From contig CM119267.1 of assembly GCA_051294375.1 (NCBI GenBank), forward strand, positions 8,122,260 to 8,186,259: a DNA stretch of 64,000 nt. Direction: 5' to 3'. Source of the DNA: Paraspadella gotoi (taxonomy: Eukaryota; Animalia; Chaetognatha). A program made the translations under genes and the position numbers. How positions within the stretch are numbered: the stretch's first letter is position 1; each line of letters begins with the position of its first letter. Below the pieces are notes generated by a model, which was not told where the DNA came from, did not search any database, and saw only the letters and a program-made list of their open reading frames with translations. Below are positions 14,712 to 35,372 of this stretch, piece after piece.

Positions 14712-17700
14712 ATTCTCAAAACAATGCACACACATTTCCTTTTTTCTATCAATAGAATTAGATAAATTCTTCCCTCCATTTGCATATCGCAGCAGAGTTT
14801 CGGAAAGAAAATCTTTGTAATCTGAATTTGCGTTAATAGCGAAAGACTTTTAAGATAAAGAAACGAGAAAAGAAGAAGCTGAGGAGTCGAATGCATCGCC
14901 GAAATTTTCTTTTTCTTTTTTTTTAGCCTTTTTTTTTAGTCTCTCATCTTTCTCGAGTTTCACTCTTGGTTTGGATAACGTAAATCATGTTTATACAAAA
15001 CGTGTTTTTGAAATATTTATTCGTTAAAAATTGATTATGTAAATTAGAATATCATAACTTAAGTTAGAATTATTATTCAAGTTAATTTTGTGTTCTAGAA
15101 TTAGAAACCCAAGGGGAAACACCGGAAGAAAAAAATTAGCATGAAACTGGTAATCAAAATATGAAGAAAAAAAGATTTTGAGAAAAAAATGTGCAATATC
15201 ATTGGTTCAGTTGATTTCCTTGTTTTCTGTAATACTTTAAAAGTAAAACAATGCTATATCGACAAATCTTTCAATTTTCCCTCCATTCATCAAGCCATCA
15301 TGCATCTCAAAATCCATCGCAAAAAAAAAAAAAAAAATTTTTTTCTTGTTTATCTTCGATTACGTTGGATGCTTTTAGCGATCAACGGGTTCGGGTTTTC
15401 TGCTAAAAGCGCGGTCTCTACTCGCCGGCTTGCCGACACCAGCCGGCCGAGCAATTATCCTTTAGCCGCCGAAGCAATGTCCTTGACGCCGGCCGGACCC
15501 GTCGGCCTTTGGGCGTTTTTGAAGGCGGATAACATTTTTACTGGAGGGAGGAGTGTAGAAGATACCGAGAGAGAGTTAGAGATGAGTAGAAGACGTAGAG
15601 AGAGATTGAGAGAGAGTCAGATGTATTGGAGAGAGCAGAGAGAGAGAGAGGGGAGAGAGAGGGCCAGAGAGAGAGTAGTAGAGCAGCAGAAGAGAGTAGT
15701 AGAGAGAAGAGCGAGGGAGAGTAGAGTAGAGGAGGGAGAGAGAGAGAGGAGAGGCGGAGGCCCTTCTTTACTGCCCGTGCCATTTCTTGTGGCCCGTACT
15801 TTATTAAAACCTTTTGTTTGTTTTATATTTCTTTAAGTGTCTTGATCCAAAACATCTCGTTACTGATTTATTTTTTCTGTTTCCGAATGTTTTCTTCCAA
15901 TTTCTTTTCCCTTTTCGTTGACGTCAAATGGGGTCCGTCGAAGGGGGTCCGTCTTTTTAAAAAGGGAAGATCAGTTCTTTAAAAATGGTTTCGTCCTTAT
16001 GGGTTGCTTTGACCTTCCGACCGTATCCATTTTCAATCTAGCGTGATCCAGCGTGACAAGTTGTGACCTCTCCAATTTTGACTGTCTTCATTCTGATGAG
16101 ACCCTTTTAGGTTTCTTTTCTCTATTTATATGGAAGAACGTATCGCAGTTGTTTGGTTTTATTTTTTCCCGTAAATGGAAAGAAAACCTAAAGAATTTGT
16201 TAAACTTTGGAGCATTTCGAACGATTCTTATTTATCGAGGTGGGCTTTTAATTTTACGTATAACAATGTGAACGCTTTCATTTGCGATGTGCTTGGGCGT
16301 TGATGTTAAGATGAGAGAGAGAGAGTAAGAGACGGAGAAGAGAGAGAGAGAGAGAGAGAGAGATGTTAGAATGCAGATGAGAGAGAGCTGCTAGCGAGTC
16401 ATGAGAGCCTAAAGATACCAAGCGAATGTACGCCAGAAATAAAAGCTTGAATTTTTTTTTTTTATTTATTTTTTTTTTTTTATCTTCTCTCTCTTCTCTT
16501 CTCTTCTTCTTTTTTCTTGTCTCTCTTTCTTTCTTCCTTCTCTGTCTACTCTCTCTCTCTCTCTCTGTTCTCTCTGTCTTCTCTTCTCGCGTGTCTTCTT
16601 CTCTCTCTACTCGACGGGGAAGCCATGGTGTTTATGAGACGCGAAAAGGGAGGGGCGTAATTCTTGTAATTATCAGTGCGCCCTTTCTTGGTGGAATCTT
16701 TTTTTTTTTTGTTTTTGGCCCCTTCTTTTGTTTTTGCGCCCCTGAAAACAAGATGGCGATGGGGGGCGGCGGCGAGAAAAAAGGGGCGCGTAAAATAATA
16801 GAAAGAAAAAACGAATGCGGTGTACGGCGCGAGATTAAGGCGTTCGCCGTCGAGTGATTTAAGTGTCGGGTCTCGGGCGAAATCTGACGGAGAACACCCG
16901 AGAAAACAAGATCACGCCGATGTTGGTTTTCTTTTTAGCTAATTATTTTTTTTATCTCTCTCTTTTTACTTAATAGCTGTGACTTACAAGCGAGGATTCA
17001 TGTAGACGTAAGATTATAGAGAGCGAGAAGGTTTGCGCGTGATCGGTTGAATTTTAACCGTGCAAGGGAATCTGGCGGAGACTTAACTGTTTGAAACGCG
17101 CTTCGCCTACACAAGTTCAATGATGTATATTTTTCGCCCTCTGTGGTCTTCTGTCTTTGTGAGGTTCAATAATGAAATGATGGTATGGGGTTAAAACAAA
17201 AAACCTTTTCTTGTCTTTACATAAATATATTGAAATATAATACTATACCTCTGGGGGTATTAATATATTTGTTCTTATCATTTGATATTAAAATTAAGCT
17301 ATCATTTTATCAACACTTAAACTTTACTATATATCAGAGAAAATTCAAAATATTTTATACATTGTATATTAAATTTTATTTCTTAGTCAGAATGTTTCCA
17401 TATAACTCTACTTTTCTTTATTCCTACACTCTTTCTGTGCGTCTTATTACACTTTTTTTTAAATTATTATATATGTAACAATTATTTTTTTGTCAATATC
17501 TTTAAATTAAACGCTTTACAAACGTAGAAACATATTCGGCGAACTTATTCCGTTTTCAAGATGTTCCGCATCTTATCAATAGTTTGGGCCAAAAAAATAA
17601 TAAGAATGAAACCAGCCAGAAACGTCATCTGTAATAGGAAAAACGCTAAAGTGAGCTCAATTTGTAAGATTAGAATAAGTAACAGATGTTAAAATCTTCA

Positions 17701-20569
17701 TACCAGTTTATGCTCTTTCTTCCAATACTGATTCTTGTGCCCGTATTTTACTCTGAGGGGGCTTTGTTTTAAAGAGCGACATATTGAAATTTAATAAAAA
17801 TAAAGTTCATCACGGCCGTAGTTGTGCGAGAAAGTCATATGAAAAAGAATAGAAAAAAATAAAGTGATCAAAGTAATATAAACGGTTAAATCCTTCTAAC
17901 AATTTCTCGTCGTCATCCGAATAACTTCGTTCTAGCAGTGATTTCTATACCGGGTATTTTCAGACAATGAAATTCGAAACTTTATATGTAACTATTATTT
18001 TATTTATTCCCACTGATTTAATATAAACACAGTTACGGCTGTTGAGGTTTTTTTCCCCTTCTCATTTTAAGCGCTTTATTTATAAAATAATTCGGTTGGC
18101 TAATTAGTTTATTCTTTCTCCTTATAACATAGAACTCATCTGGCGGTAGAATTCTCTATGCTTTCAAATACTGGTTTAAGCCCACATTCATTTCTTTTTT
18201 ACGTGTAATCATTCTATTTATGGTATCTGCCCTTATTAAGCATGAAACTATTAACGATTTTTCATGGTAAGGGCAACTTTTAAAGATTGAATTTGCTCGT
18301 CAGATCTATCGTTCTTGTCTTTTTAGATATTAGGTTCAATAAAATACTGGCACACTATAATTTGTATTTGGCGTTCGCGGTCTGGCCAATCTCTGTTGGG
18401 CGTCGCCGTTAGGGGGTAGAACGGCTCGAACGTCCCGACGGCGTTAGAGAATTACGAAACATATGCCGGAGTCCCAAGTTTTCCCGATTCGTCGACCAAG
18501 AGTCGGCGCAAACCGACGACGACGAAGAAGAAAGGGCAATATCTGGCTTATTTTTAATGTTTGAAAAACTTAGCTAAAGTCAGAGGCAGTTTGCCTCGTT
18601 AAGCTCGAACAATATTTTAACTTTTTTTTCCATTTTTTTTTTCCACTATTTTGTTTTCTCTCTTTTAAACTTCTCTCTTGTCCTCTCTTTTCTCCCTTTC
18701 CTTCCGACATTTCTGTCCTCATATTTTCTCTGTGTCATCCTTTCTTTTTCTTCCTGTTACCACTTATTTTTTTCTCTATCTGCTGGCTTTCTTCCGCTCT
18801 CTGATTCTTTTTTCTTTCTCCTCTATTCTTATCTTTCTTTCTCTTAATTGCTGATTCTCTTATCCCCCTTCTCACGCCATGTATCGAATTTCCTTTCTAC
18901 TATTTCTCCTGCTTCTCCGGGAAGCTTTTTTTTCAATCCATGGCTCTCTCTTTCTCTATCTTTTTGCTCATTCTCACTGCATTTTTTGTTTTATTTATAT
19001 CTATACGAGATGTAAGAAATTAAATCTTTAAAATGTATTGTAATAAAAAAAAATATTGGGTAGCCGTAATGATTCTGATTCAAAGTTTGGTTGCCGTAGC
19101 AGATTTAAAAAATCGACAGAATTTGTGCGGAAATTTATTTCCGCAAAAACCTGTCGATTGATCGAGAAATTAATTTAACTGACGCTTCCGCCTGTTCATC
19201 TAAAAGAAAAGCGGTTTTTTTTAATTTCAACTTTAGTTATGTTTTCTCAGTCTATTGACAAACTATAGAAAAGTAAGCAAAAAAATCGAGCTTTAGTTCA
19301 ATAAAACGCCTCCTCACAAATCCTCACAAATTAAAGAGTAGCTTAAAGAATTATTTTGCGCAGCAAAGAGTATTACAATTTTGACCTAATTTTTTAGGGT
19401 ACCAGAAGCGAACCGTTGATAGGGCATATTGATTAAGAATTGGGTGGAACATTTGGAAGTATTTTTCGTTTAACAAAATTGTAATAAAATATAAAAATGT
19501 AAGTTTTTCCAAAACTAGTGCATTTTAAAATTAATTTATAAACAAACAATAGATGATCAAATGTCAAATGAAACAACTCAAGGTAAAGGAAGATAAGAAG
19601 GACCGCACGAAATCCGGAGTAAAAAATTTTTCTCGCAACTATCTTTGACAGTTCAATGTTCAAGGACAAAAGTTCAAAAATGGACAAAAATGGACATAAT
19701 TTTTTTTATTAAAAGTAGCAAAAATGGGTATTTAATTCTTGATTAGAAAATGCAGCAGATGACCTTGAATAATTCGTAGTACGCGAGCCCTCTTGTCCTT
19801 AGGATTCAAATTTTTATCATATTGTTGTAATCATTCTAGCAATACAGGGCAAAGTGGTTTTTTTGTGCTGAATTTCCTCGATAGAAATCACTGCCTCTAA
19901 GGTTTTTAGGTTTAGTGCGGCCAGATTGCTCGATTCCCTTACATGGCGAAGTGAAGTCTGGCAAAATGAATTTTCGAGTTTCAGTCTGGAACGCAAAAGT
20001 GGAATTTTTTTGTCTTAAATCGAAGTGGACGTCAGCTCTGTCGCGCTTCATACCACACTTCAACATCAACTCATCGCGCGGGGAAAAAAATTTAATTTAA
20101 ATCAAATTGAAGGAGACGAGGAATCGAATAAAAGAGCAATCGAAAGGTGATGGAATCACGCCGGCGGACGGAAGGCGGTTTGGCCGTTAAGGGCGACAAC
20201 GGGGCGAGTCTGTTGCCGTATCGGCTTTCGAGGCGCGAGAAGAAAAAGCGCGCCATTTAAAAACGAGGCATTAATCATCCCCAGGGCGAAGCGAGAAGGG
20301 AAACCCCCCGCTTCCCCGCTCCTATTCCGCTCAGTCGCCTCCTGCCTCCTCCTCCTCCTTTCTCCTTTGGCCCTCATGCTAATATTCATTTAATTGATCT
20401 AAATTCCCCCTGCCGATGAAGCCCGGAGGAAAGTGGTGCGACGAGGAAAACAGAGAGAGAGAGTAGAGAGAGAGAGAGAGAAGAGAGAGAGAGAAGAGAG
20501 GAGAGAAAAGAAAAGAGATAAAAGAGAAAGAAACTCGTAAAAGATAAGGTACGTGACTACCCTCAAATG

Positions 20570-21792
20570 AATAGAACTTTTAAAATATTAACATCTGAAA
20601 AAAAAAGTAGATAAAAAAATGAGTTAAAATACATAGATAACACGCAAGTGTAAGACGAAATTTTTGTAAATGAAATTGATGTTAAAACCATAATCAAGTG
20701 TAACTTCAAGCCTACAAAAACTGTTAGAAAAAATCAATGTCACTAAATAAACTACCAGGATGATTGATATATATTTCTTCACCCTCACAATCAAACAAAC
20801 AAAAACGATTGATGAAGACAGAATGATCTGAATTTTTTAGAAGAAAAATAAAAAAAACGAGTTAAAGCCCAGAGACAATCAAAGAGCTCAGCGAACTCAG
20901 CGCCCCCCCTCCCCAAGCATATACGCCTCGCTTCGTGTACCAAGACGACGCTTCGAAACGCGTTACGACGCGCAAGAAATTGTTGAGACCCCGCAAGAAG
21001 AGGCCACTCAAACGACGAAGTCGTTCCGACACGAAGACGACTAAACAGATTAGAAATGTACGATTAAACTGACGACGATTCGACGACGATAAAATGACGA
21101 CATAGACAAAAAAAAAGAAGAAGCAAATAGATAATTTGAAGACGTACCGTGTAGGCCACTACAGGAACAAAAATCGAGCGAAGCTATCACCAGTATTGAA
21201 CGAAGGTTGAATAAAATATAAAGACTTAAAAAATGAATGTCACATATATTAATAGATGACAGTAAAAATAACACGGAAAAAAAAATGTACTGGATCGAAT
21301 GCGGAAAGATACGCAAAGCTGATTATTTGGGCACAAAGCGAGCGGTCGACGATCCACTGGATGATTCACTTAGATCAAAACAGTTCGGCGTCGGCGCTGC
21401 AGTGAACACATTTCGCTGGAAATATACAAGCAGGAGATCTCACGTCTACAGGCATTATATTAATCTTTTTTAGCCATGGACAAAGAGAGCAGCAACACAT
21501 ATGTTTATGTAAGAAAAATTCGTCAAGAATGAAGGATTAGCAAAATGCAGTCAAAACGTGTCTCTAACTCATACTGACATACATCTCTGCTCTCTCTCTC
21601 TTGACTCTCCTCTCTCCATCTCTCATTCTCTCTCTCATCTCATACTCGTCTAGCTCTCTCTTCCTCTCATCTCTCTCTCTCCATCGCGCAGGCCGAAATA
21701 AAAACCGATAAAAAAAAAAAAAGAAATTCCGGTGGGACTGCTGAGTCGGGGACGTGGCTGGCAAGGAGGCGCACGCGAGCGCGCATCGTCGC
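20570..21792 (-). repeat. Inverted A-biased noisy copy of ~23880-24900 (= rc 13470-14140 plus 12380-12590)
   Basis: Anchors gcttcgaaacgcgttacgacg, aaaatgtactggatc and gctgagtcgggga. Confidence 0.85.
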
Positions 21793-21817
21793 NNNNNNNN
21801 NNNNNNNNNNNNNNNNN

Positions 21818-23250
21818 CTTTTTAAACTTTTGTTGTTATAATAAAATGTCTTGACTCAAAACATCTCGTTACTTTTTATTTTTTCTGTCCGACAATTTCT
21901 TTCCCTTTTTCGTTGACGTCAATGGGGGTCCGTCGAAGGGGGTCCGCTTTTAAGGGAAGATCAGTTTTTAAAAGGTTTCGTCTTATGGGTCTTTGACCTC
22001 CGACGATCCATCAACAGCGTGACAGCGTGACAAGTTGTGACTCTCTCAAGATGTCTTCACTGAGACCAGGTTTCTTTTTCTAAAGGAAGAACGACGCCAG
22101 TGTTTTTTATTTTTTCCCTAAAATGGAAAGAAAACCTTAAAAATTGTTAACCATTTCGAAAACGTAACGAGGAACGTTTCATTGCGNNNNNNNNNNNNNN
22201 NNNNNNNNNNNNNNNNNNNNNNNNNNNNNNNNNNNNNNNNNNNNNNNNNNNNNNNNNNNNNNNNNNNNNNNNNNNNNNNNNNNNNNNNNNNNNNNNNNNN
22301 NNNNNNNNNNNNNNNNNNNNNNNNNNNNNNNNNNNNNNNNNNNNNNNNNNNNNNNNNNNNNNNNNNNNNNNNNNNNNNNNNNNNNNNNNNNNNNNNNNNN
22401 NNNNNNNNNNNNNNNNNNNNNNNNNNNNNNNNNNNNNNNNNNNNNNNNNNNNNNNNNNNNNNNNNNNNNNNNNNNNNNNNNNNNNNNNNNNNNNNNNNNN
22501 NNNNNNNNNNNNNNNNNNNNNNNNNNNNNNNNNNNNNNNNNNNNNNNNNNNNNNNNNNNNNNNNNNNNNNNNNNNNNNNNNNNNNNNNNNNNNNNNNNNN
22601 NNNNNNNNNNNNNNNNNNNNNNNNNNNNNNNNNNNNNNNNNNNNNNNNNNNNNNNNNNNNNNNNNNNNNNNNNNNNNNNNNNNNNNNNNNNNNNNNNNNN
22701 NNNNNNNNNNNNNNNNNNNNNNNNNNNNNNNNNNNNNNNNNNNNNNNNNNNNNNNNNNNNNNNNNNNNNNNNNNNNNNNNNNNNNNNNNNNNNNNNNNNN
22801 NNNNNNNNNNNNNNNNNNNNNNNNNNNNNNNNNNNNNNNNNNNNNNNNNNNNNNNNNNNNNNNNNNNNNNNNNNNNNNNNNNNNNNNNNNNTTCTTGTTT
22901 TTGCGCCCGAAAACAAGATGGCGATGGGGGGCGGCGGCGAGAAAAAATGGGGCGCGTAAAATAAAGAAAGAAAAAAGAAGCGGTGTACGCGCGAGATAAG
23001 GCGTTCGCCGTCGAGTGATTTAGTGTCGGGTCTCGGGCGAAATCTGACGGGAGAAACCGAAAAACAAGATCACGCCGAATTGGTTTTCTTTTTCTATTAT
23101 TTTTTTTTCTTTTACTTAACTGTGACTTACAAGTAGACCCAAAAGTTAGNNNNNNNNNNAAGGATTATAGAGAGCGAGAAAGGTTCGGTGATCGGTTGAA
23201 TTTAACGTCAGGGAATCGGGCGGAGACTTAACTGTTGAAACCCTTACAAC
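21818..23250 (+). repeat. Third (cleaner) copy of ~15800-17100 / 26445-27760, with internal N gaps
   Basis: Near-identical to 26447-26760 and 16720-17097. Confidence 0.9.
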
Positions 23251-24179
23251 ACCGAGAGCATCCCGGACACATCACTCACAAATACGGGACACACACAAAC
23301 AATCCCGCCGAACCGCTGAAAATTCTTTTAATCCCAGCCTGGACCGACCCAACAACAAAAACAACTACAGCACACTCCCTCCTTCTCGCACCCCCGCCCC
23401 GCGACTGAAGCGGCCGTCTGATTACAGCCCCAACACGACACGCAAGCCCCGGTTTCTTCAAACTTTCTTCTCCTACTTCGTCTCCACCGACACCTTCGTC
23501 CGTGTCTCACCGCTCATCTTCACCTTCCATCCTCTTCTCACTTAACACTCACCGTCTCCGCATCACCCCTTACACACCACCCGCCCCGCAACCGAGACAA
23601 CTCAACTCCACTCCCACCCACGCCACTCCCGGCTCCTACGCCCGTCCTTCTCCCTCGCCTCCTCCTCTTTCTTTTCTCCCGCCTATCTCACTCCCCTCCC
23701 TCTCCCCTCGTCTTTCGACAGCACGCATTCACACCCGGTATTCTCCTTTTGACCAGACTTTCTTCCTTCGATGGAACTCGGAGTGCGCCGCAGAAAGCTG
23801 CCAACTCAAATTCATCCCGAAAGTAACCCCGACGGCACGACCGACGACGACACGACGCGCACCGATGCCCGCCCCCGCGCTCGGCGTACGCTCCCTTGCC
23901 AGCCCACTCCCCCGACTCAGCATCACAACGGATTTTTTTTTTTTTTTTACGTTTTTATCTTCCCCGCGCCCGACCTCGGAGCAGCCCAGAGAGAGAGGAG
24001 AGAGAGAGAGAGAGAGAGAGACGAGAGAGAGAGCAGAGAGAGAGACCGCCACGCCAGCCCAGACACCATCCCAGAGAGAGAGACGCACGCAGAGAGAGAG
24101 AGAAACGTTGACCGCCACCCGCTAATCTCTCCGAACGACTTCAACAAAAGCGGCGCCCCCCCCCAAAAAAAAAGAAAAA

Positions 24180-31055
<6,876 letters not shown>

Positions 31056-31538
31056 AAGAGAGAGAGTCAACAATTCGCAGCCACATTTTTCTTTTTTTAT
31101 CCCTCGTGCCATTTTACATTCGACTGCTCTCTTCCACTGAATTGGCAATGAGTGGTCGTAGAAAAAGATTTTTCTGTTTCAGAGCGAGGATATCATTAAG
31201 CACGAAATGTCACCGGAAACCATTTTTTTTTATCGAATCAGACAATTTTCAACGAACTCAACAATATTTTGCGACAAGTCCGTATTATTTCTATTGCCCA
31301 TCTATTTAATCTCAGTAAATGATTAAAATGATAGTATTTAAAAAATATTGTTTTTAATAAAGCTAAGAACATGCCTATATACTACGCATAAAACAAGATA
31401 TATTCTAAAAATAGAATAAAGAAACCGAACACCCGCGTGGCCATCAATAAAACATAAATAGAAAAAATAGATAGTGGTAGGCAAGAATATGGTAATAAAG
31501 TAAACTAAATGTATCTATTAACAGAATTTAAGTAAAGT

Positions 31539-32487
31539 CTAAACATCTACGACAATGTCTTTCCCAACATCCACGTCGGGCCTTTCGGCTGCCCCTTGAT
31601 TAAGGACGGCTTCAGAAGCTTTGTGCAAGAGACTGGAGTCCCTGAGGATGCTGCGTTGAGTGTGGTCTTTGATCATCGCCGGACACACGATGATCTCTTG
31701 AAGGCTGGAAGGTCCCGTCCACTTGGCTTCTATGCCTTCGCCGATCTCGGCCAACAATAGGATGTGACCTGTGGTAAACAAGAACGAGTCTTTAGAGGGA
31801 GATGCTTTTCTTTTCGTGCAAAGTGAGTTAAAGACCAATACCGGGTTGGTACAGTTTCGGTTCCTCCTTCAGCGAGATTCTCACGTTGGCTTGATGATTT
31901 GGATCGTTGAGCAAAATTGACGTAAGTTCGCCTATAAACATTGGATTTATTAGATTCCATCATGTTGCAACATGAAAAAACCAAGCCAAAAAAAAAAATT
32001 AAGAAAACCAACTCTCACTATCTTGAGGGAGTTCCAACGCGTCGTCGCCGATTCCTGCCAATTTAGTCGTCAACGTTTCTTGCAATCCTTTCTGCGAGTC
32101 CATTTGTAACGCCTCCGTTGCCGAAGGCATCTGCCGATCGAGCATCTTTTCTCGCTCCTCCTCAATACTTTCCTTCCGTTCCTCTTTCACTTCCTCTCCC
32201 TCCCTCGATTCTTCCTCTCCTTTCTCCTCGACCACCCCGGCCTCTTCCTCCTCGTCGTCCCTCGGTTCCACAGTGACGAGGCTGTGCCCACCGCGGCAGC
32301 AGAGATCCCGCAAGGCGGCGCAGAGGCCCCGGGAAATAATGCGATACTTTGGTTCTTTGGAGGTGCGAATTTCTTGGACGATTTCAGACTTGAGTTGGAC
32401 AAAGGATTGATAACTGAGGCGGGTGATGATATCGTTTGCCGACGACTGAATAAGAAGAGAGAGAGGAGAGAAGAGAGAAGAGAGAGA

Positions 32488-32522
<35 letters not shown>

Positions 32523-34876
32523 GAAGAAAAGAGAGAGCAAAGACTTTTCAGTTACAAAGAGCATCTCACCCATCCGTAATTTTCGCTTCGTCTCACTCTC
32601 AACCAACCCTTCTTGCCTTTGGTCAAGCATACAAATTACACAATACTCATGGCATTGTGTCCGTTTGTACATATATCATTTTGTGCCGTTGTTTTTTTTT
32701 ACCAAAAGTTCAGGATCAACGATATCGCGAGAGACATATGGCATGTAGAACATGCGTCAACTCACTTATGCTAAGAACGCATTCCTTTGACAGCTGAACG
32801 GCTTTTTCGCTCATCAAACCCCCTGGCGGAGAAAAGGCGAAGCAGCGAATCTCCGGCGCCGTCGCCCGTCGCTCCGGCGCCTCGTAAAATCTCTTGAGCT
32901 TCATGGCAAGAATTGGGGCGACGCCGCCGCCCAGCGAATGCCCCGTCAGCGTCACGGCGTAGTCCTTTCGATCGCCCGATCGCAGCCTCTCGAGGACGCG
33001 ATGGCCGACGAGCAACTGGAAGATCCTGGCGGCGTTGGTAGCGATGCCGGTGTGGCCCACCAGATCTTCGTCCACGTCGACCTCGTCGGGAAACAACGGG
33101 GTCGTCGTCATGACAACGTCGCAGAGGGCGTCGGCGAAGGAGAGACTCCCACGGACGGCGACGACGATGGACCGAGCGTCGTCGTCGACGGCGACGATGA
33201 AAGGCGCCATGTAGATGTCGTTCGGGAAATGACAGAGAGCGAGACGAACGCCGGGTAGTTCGATCATGGCGCGGAGTCCTGCCACGTCGCAGCTGCAACA
33301 GTCCGCGTCGACGACCACTGGCAAAGAGAGGTCGGTAAAATCCGCCTCCTCCAACGTGGAGCGGCGTTGACCGGCGCAGCAGCAGCCCCGTCGCAGAAGC
33401 CTGCAGCCGCCGCAGCAGGGATCCAGCGCCGTCAATAGAACCGGCCAGTTGTAGCTGGCGATGGCGTATTTAGAGAATCTGGCCACGTTGGCCGGGGTCA
33501 TCCAAGGGAGAGGAAGGGGGCGGGTTGTGGATTCTCTCGGAAGGGAGGGTCGTTTCTCTTGCAGATGGTCGAGTTGGCGGCGTCTTTGTTTACTTGCGAC
33601 GAGGATGAGACCCGCGGCGACGTCGCTGAAGATGATGTCGTCCTCCACGTCGAACATCTCCGTCATCATGGCGGCGACGTCTCGAAGAGTGCGATCGCTC
33701 TCGGCGGAGAAGTCGAGGAAGGAGCAGCAGACGAGTTGGAGACAAGTCCAGTAGGATTTCGTCCGGTCAATTTCCAACATTATTTCCTGGAAAGTTGAGG
33801 AACAAGATGATTCACGATTGATGAGATTTCTCCTGGGTTTTCTAAATTTTTCTTTAAATAATTCCTTGGAGTTACAATACCTCTTTAGATTTTTCTTTCA
33901 AAGCATCTTTTTTGTCATTTTATCAATATGTAAATACTATATTCTCAATAACTTTTCCGACTTTTTTTTTAGATCGAGAATCAGGCGCCGTTTCCTGGTG
34001 TCTTTTTTCTACGTTCCCAAATTTTGATATTTTGAGAATTTTGGCATGCAGAGCTCGCCAATTATTGGGTCATGCTATGCGTGTATCTGCATTGTGAAAT
34101 TGATTGTATTAGATTGATAATGTGATATTGAGAGAGATTGATTGAATAAACTCGGTTTATTTTTTTGGTTAATTCGTTATATGTTGTTGTTGTAGATGTT
34201 GTTATCTTACCTTCCCTCTCTCTCCTCCTTCCCATCATGCTCTCTTCAGCCTCTTCGTCTTCCTCCCTCTCCTCCTCTTCCCCAACGGATCGTAGATACA
34301 AGCAACACCACCGGCGTCTGCATCGTCAACAGAAAACCAAAGACGACCCGGCTACGCAGACACGCCCACGATTCCCGGACACGCAGATCCCGGCGCTGCG
34401 ACTCCGGAAACGCCGACGGCTACGGCGCCGAAAATGGCGAGGAACAACTCGACGATCACCAGCGCCGCCCGCGTCGCCACGAAGGGGGAGATGCGACGCC
34501 GCGCGCCGGGTGCCGTCATGGTTCCACGCGAGGAAAGGACGGCGATGATGACGGAGTCGATAAGGACGAGCGAATGCAGCGCCACTGACGCCAGGAGAAA
34601 GGCGTCGACGAGGCGGTAGGAGGTGCCGCAGACAAAAGGGGAGGATAAAGACGCAGCGGAGGCGACGGACGTGACGTTGGACGCGTCATTGGAGGAGGAG
34701 GTCGAGTCGGTGACGTTGGGCGAAGGGCGGGAGGCGGAAGCGGAAACGACGGCGGCGTAGGCGGCGGAGACGCCGGCCAACCAGAGAGCGCGAAGGACGA
34801 TTTCGCAGATGGCGGGAAAAATGAGGATGTCGGTGGCCAGGCGCCAACGCCGACCGAACAGGCGCGTGCTCGGCAT
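31539..34876 (-). CDS. DAGLB: Diacylglycerol lipase (sn1-DAGL, beta-like), ~4 exons: 34876-34211, 33786-32766, 32445-32019, ~31970-31539; several single-base indels, probably sequencing errors
   Basis: N-terminus MPSTRLFGRRWRLATDILIFP matches the DAGL start. TM region has SSRGTM...RR and CIYDPLG. Lipase_3 domain has PFIVAVD..SIVVAVRGSLSFADALCD, GHTG, nucleophile GHSLGGG and CFAFSPPGGLMSE. Catalytic Asp is in IVG(N)DIITRLS (needs a 1-nt fix). C-terminal LFTTGHILLL...AKW...EIIVCPAMIKDH carries the His. GT-AG boundaries seen for introns 1-2 and the intron 3 donor; exon 4 acceptor uncertain. The short tail after the His favours beta over alpha. Confidence 0.9.
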
Positions 34877-35116
34877 TGGTTAGACGTTGTGCAACTGCCG
34901 AATATATTAACATTATTTGAGGCATTTTGTCCTTAACTCCTTTCAAATATAATTATTGAAAATATTTTTTTAAGAATGGATTATAATTATTATCCTTGAC
35001 ATAAAGAGTGTTTTCCGTAAACTAACATTTTNNNNNNNNNNNNNNNNNNNNNNNNNTATTATATTTAAAAAGTTACGAAATGTTTAGTTTACGGAAAACA
35101 CTCTTTATGCCAGGAT

Positions 35117-35372
35117 TCTGGTGGTCTATCACCACAGATGGATTTAAGCTGTTCTTTCACAGCGCGTCAGTGGCTCAGTGGACTAATGCACATCCCATGT
35201 GGTTCCCTGTCACCCTGAGGTTGTCAGTAGAAAGTGGGATGGACCGGCGTAACCCGCCTGTAGGCATGGGCCTACTGCCAGATCCAAAAGCTCTGACTTA
35301 CAGAACATGCCTGTCCTCGCTGTCGCCACGAGGTGACACGCTGCGGGTGTGGCCCTGTAAAACCAGCCTCTT
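35117..35372 (+). mobile_element. 256-bp SINE-like insertion with 6-bp target-site duplication (CAGGAT)
   Basis: Absent from the inverted counterpart (empty site at ~34990-35000, rc ...tttatgtcaaggataataatt). CAGGAT at 35111-35116 and 35373-35378. Contains a tRNA A-box-like TGGCTCAGTGG and several hairpins. Confidence 0.8.

Noticed and set aside
16073-16100. ctgatgag hammerhead motif
   Set aside because: No GAAA, and the cleaner copies read cttcactgagacc.
34280-34354. In-frame TAG in DAGL exon 1 with the frame resuming at CIYDPLG, suggesting readthrough or a variant genetic code
   Set aside because: The second copy reads gcgTTAgcc and ccgGTTggt. Restoring the dropped bases gives a hydrophobic TM4 (SALA.VVFGFLLTMQTPVGVACIYDPLG), so this is compensating indel error. 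ACOT9 and DAGL use normal stops.
35190-35242. Type III hammerhead-like layout (catcccat..ggt/acc ctgagg..gaaa gtgggatg)
   Set aside because: The CUGAnGA core, stem II and the UH cleavage site are all imperfect.
35300-35365. HDV-like P3/L3 (gtc acctcgt ggc on minus strand); similar gacc acctgc ggtc at 54858
   Set aside because: No matching P1, P1.1 or P2 pairings could be built.
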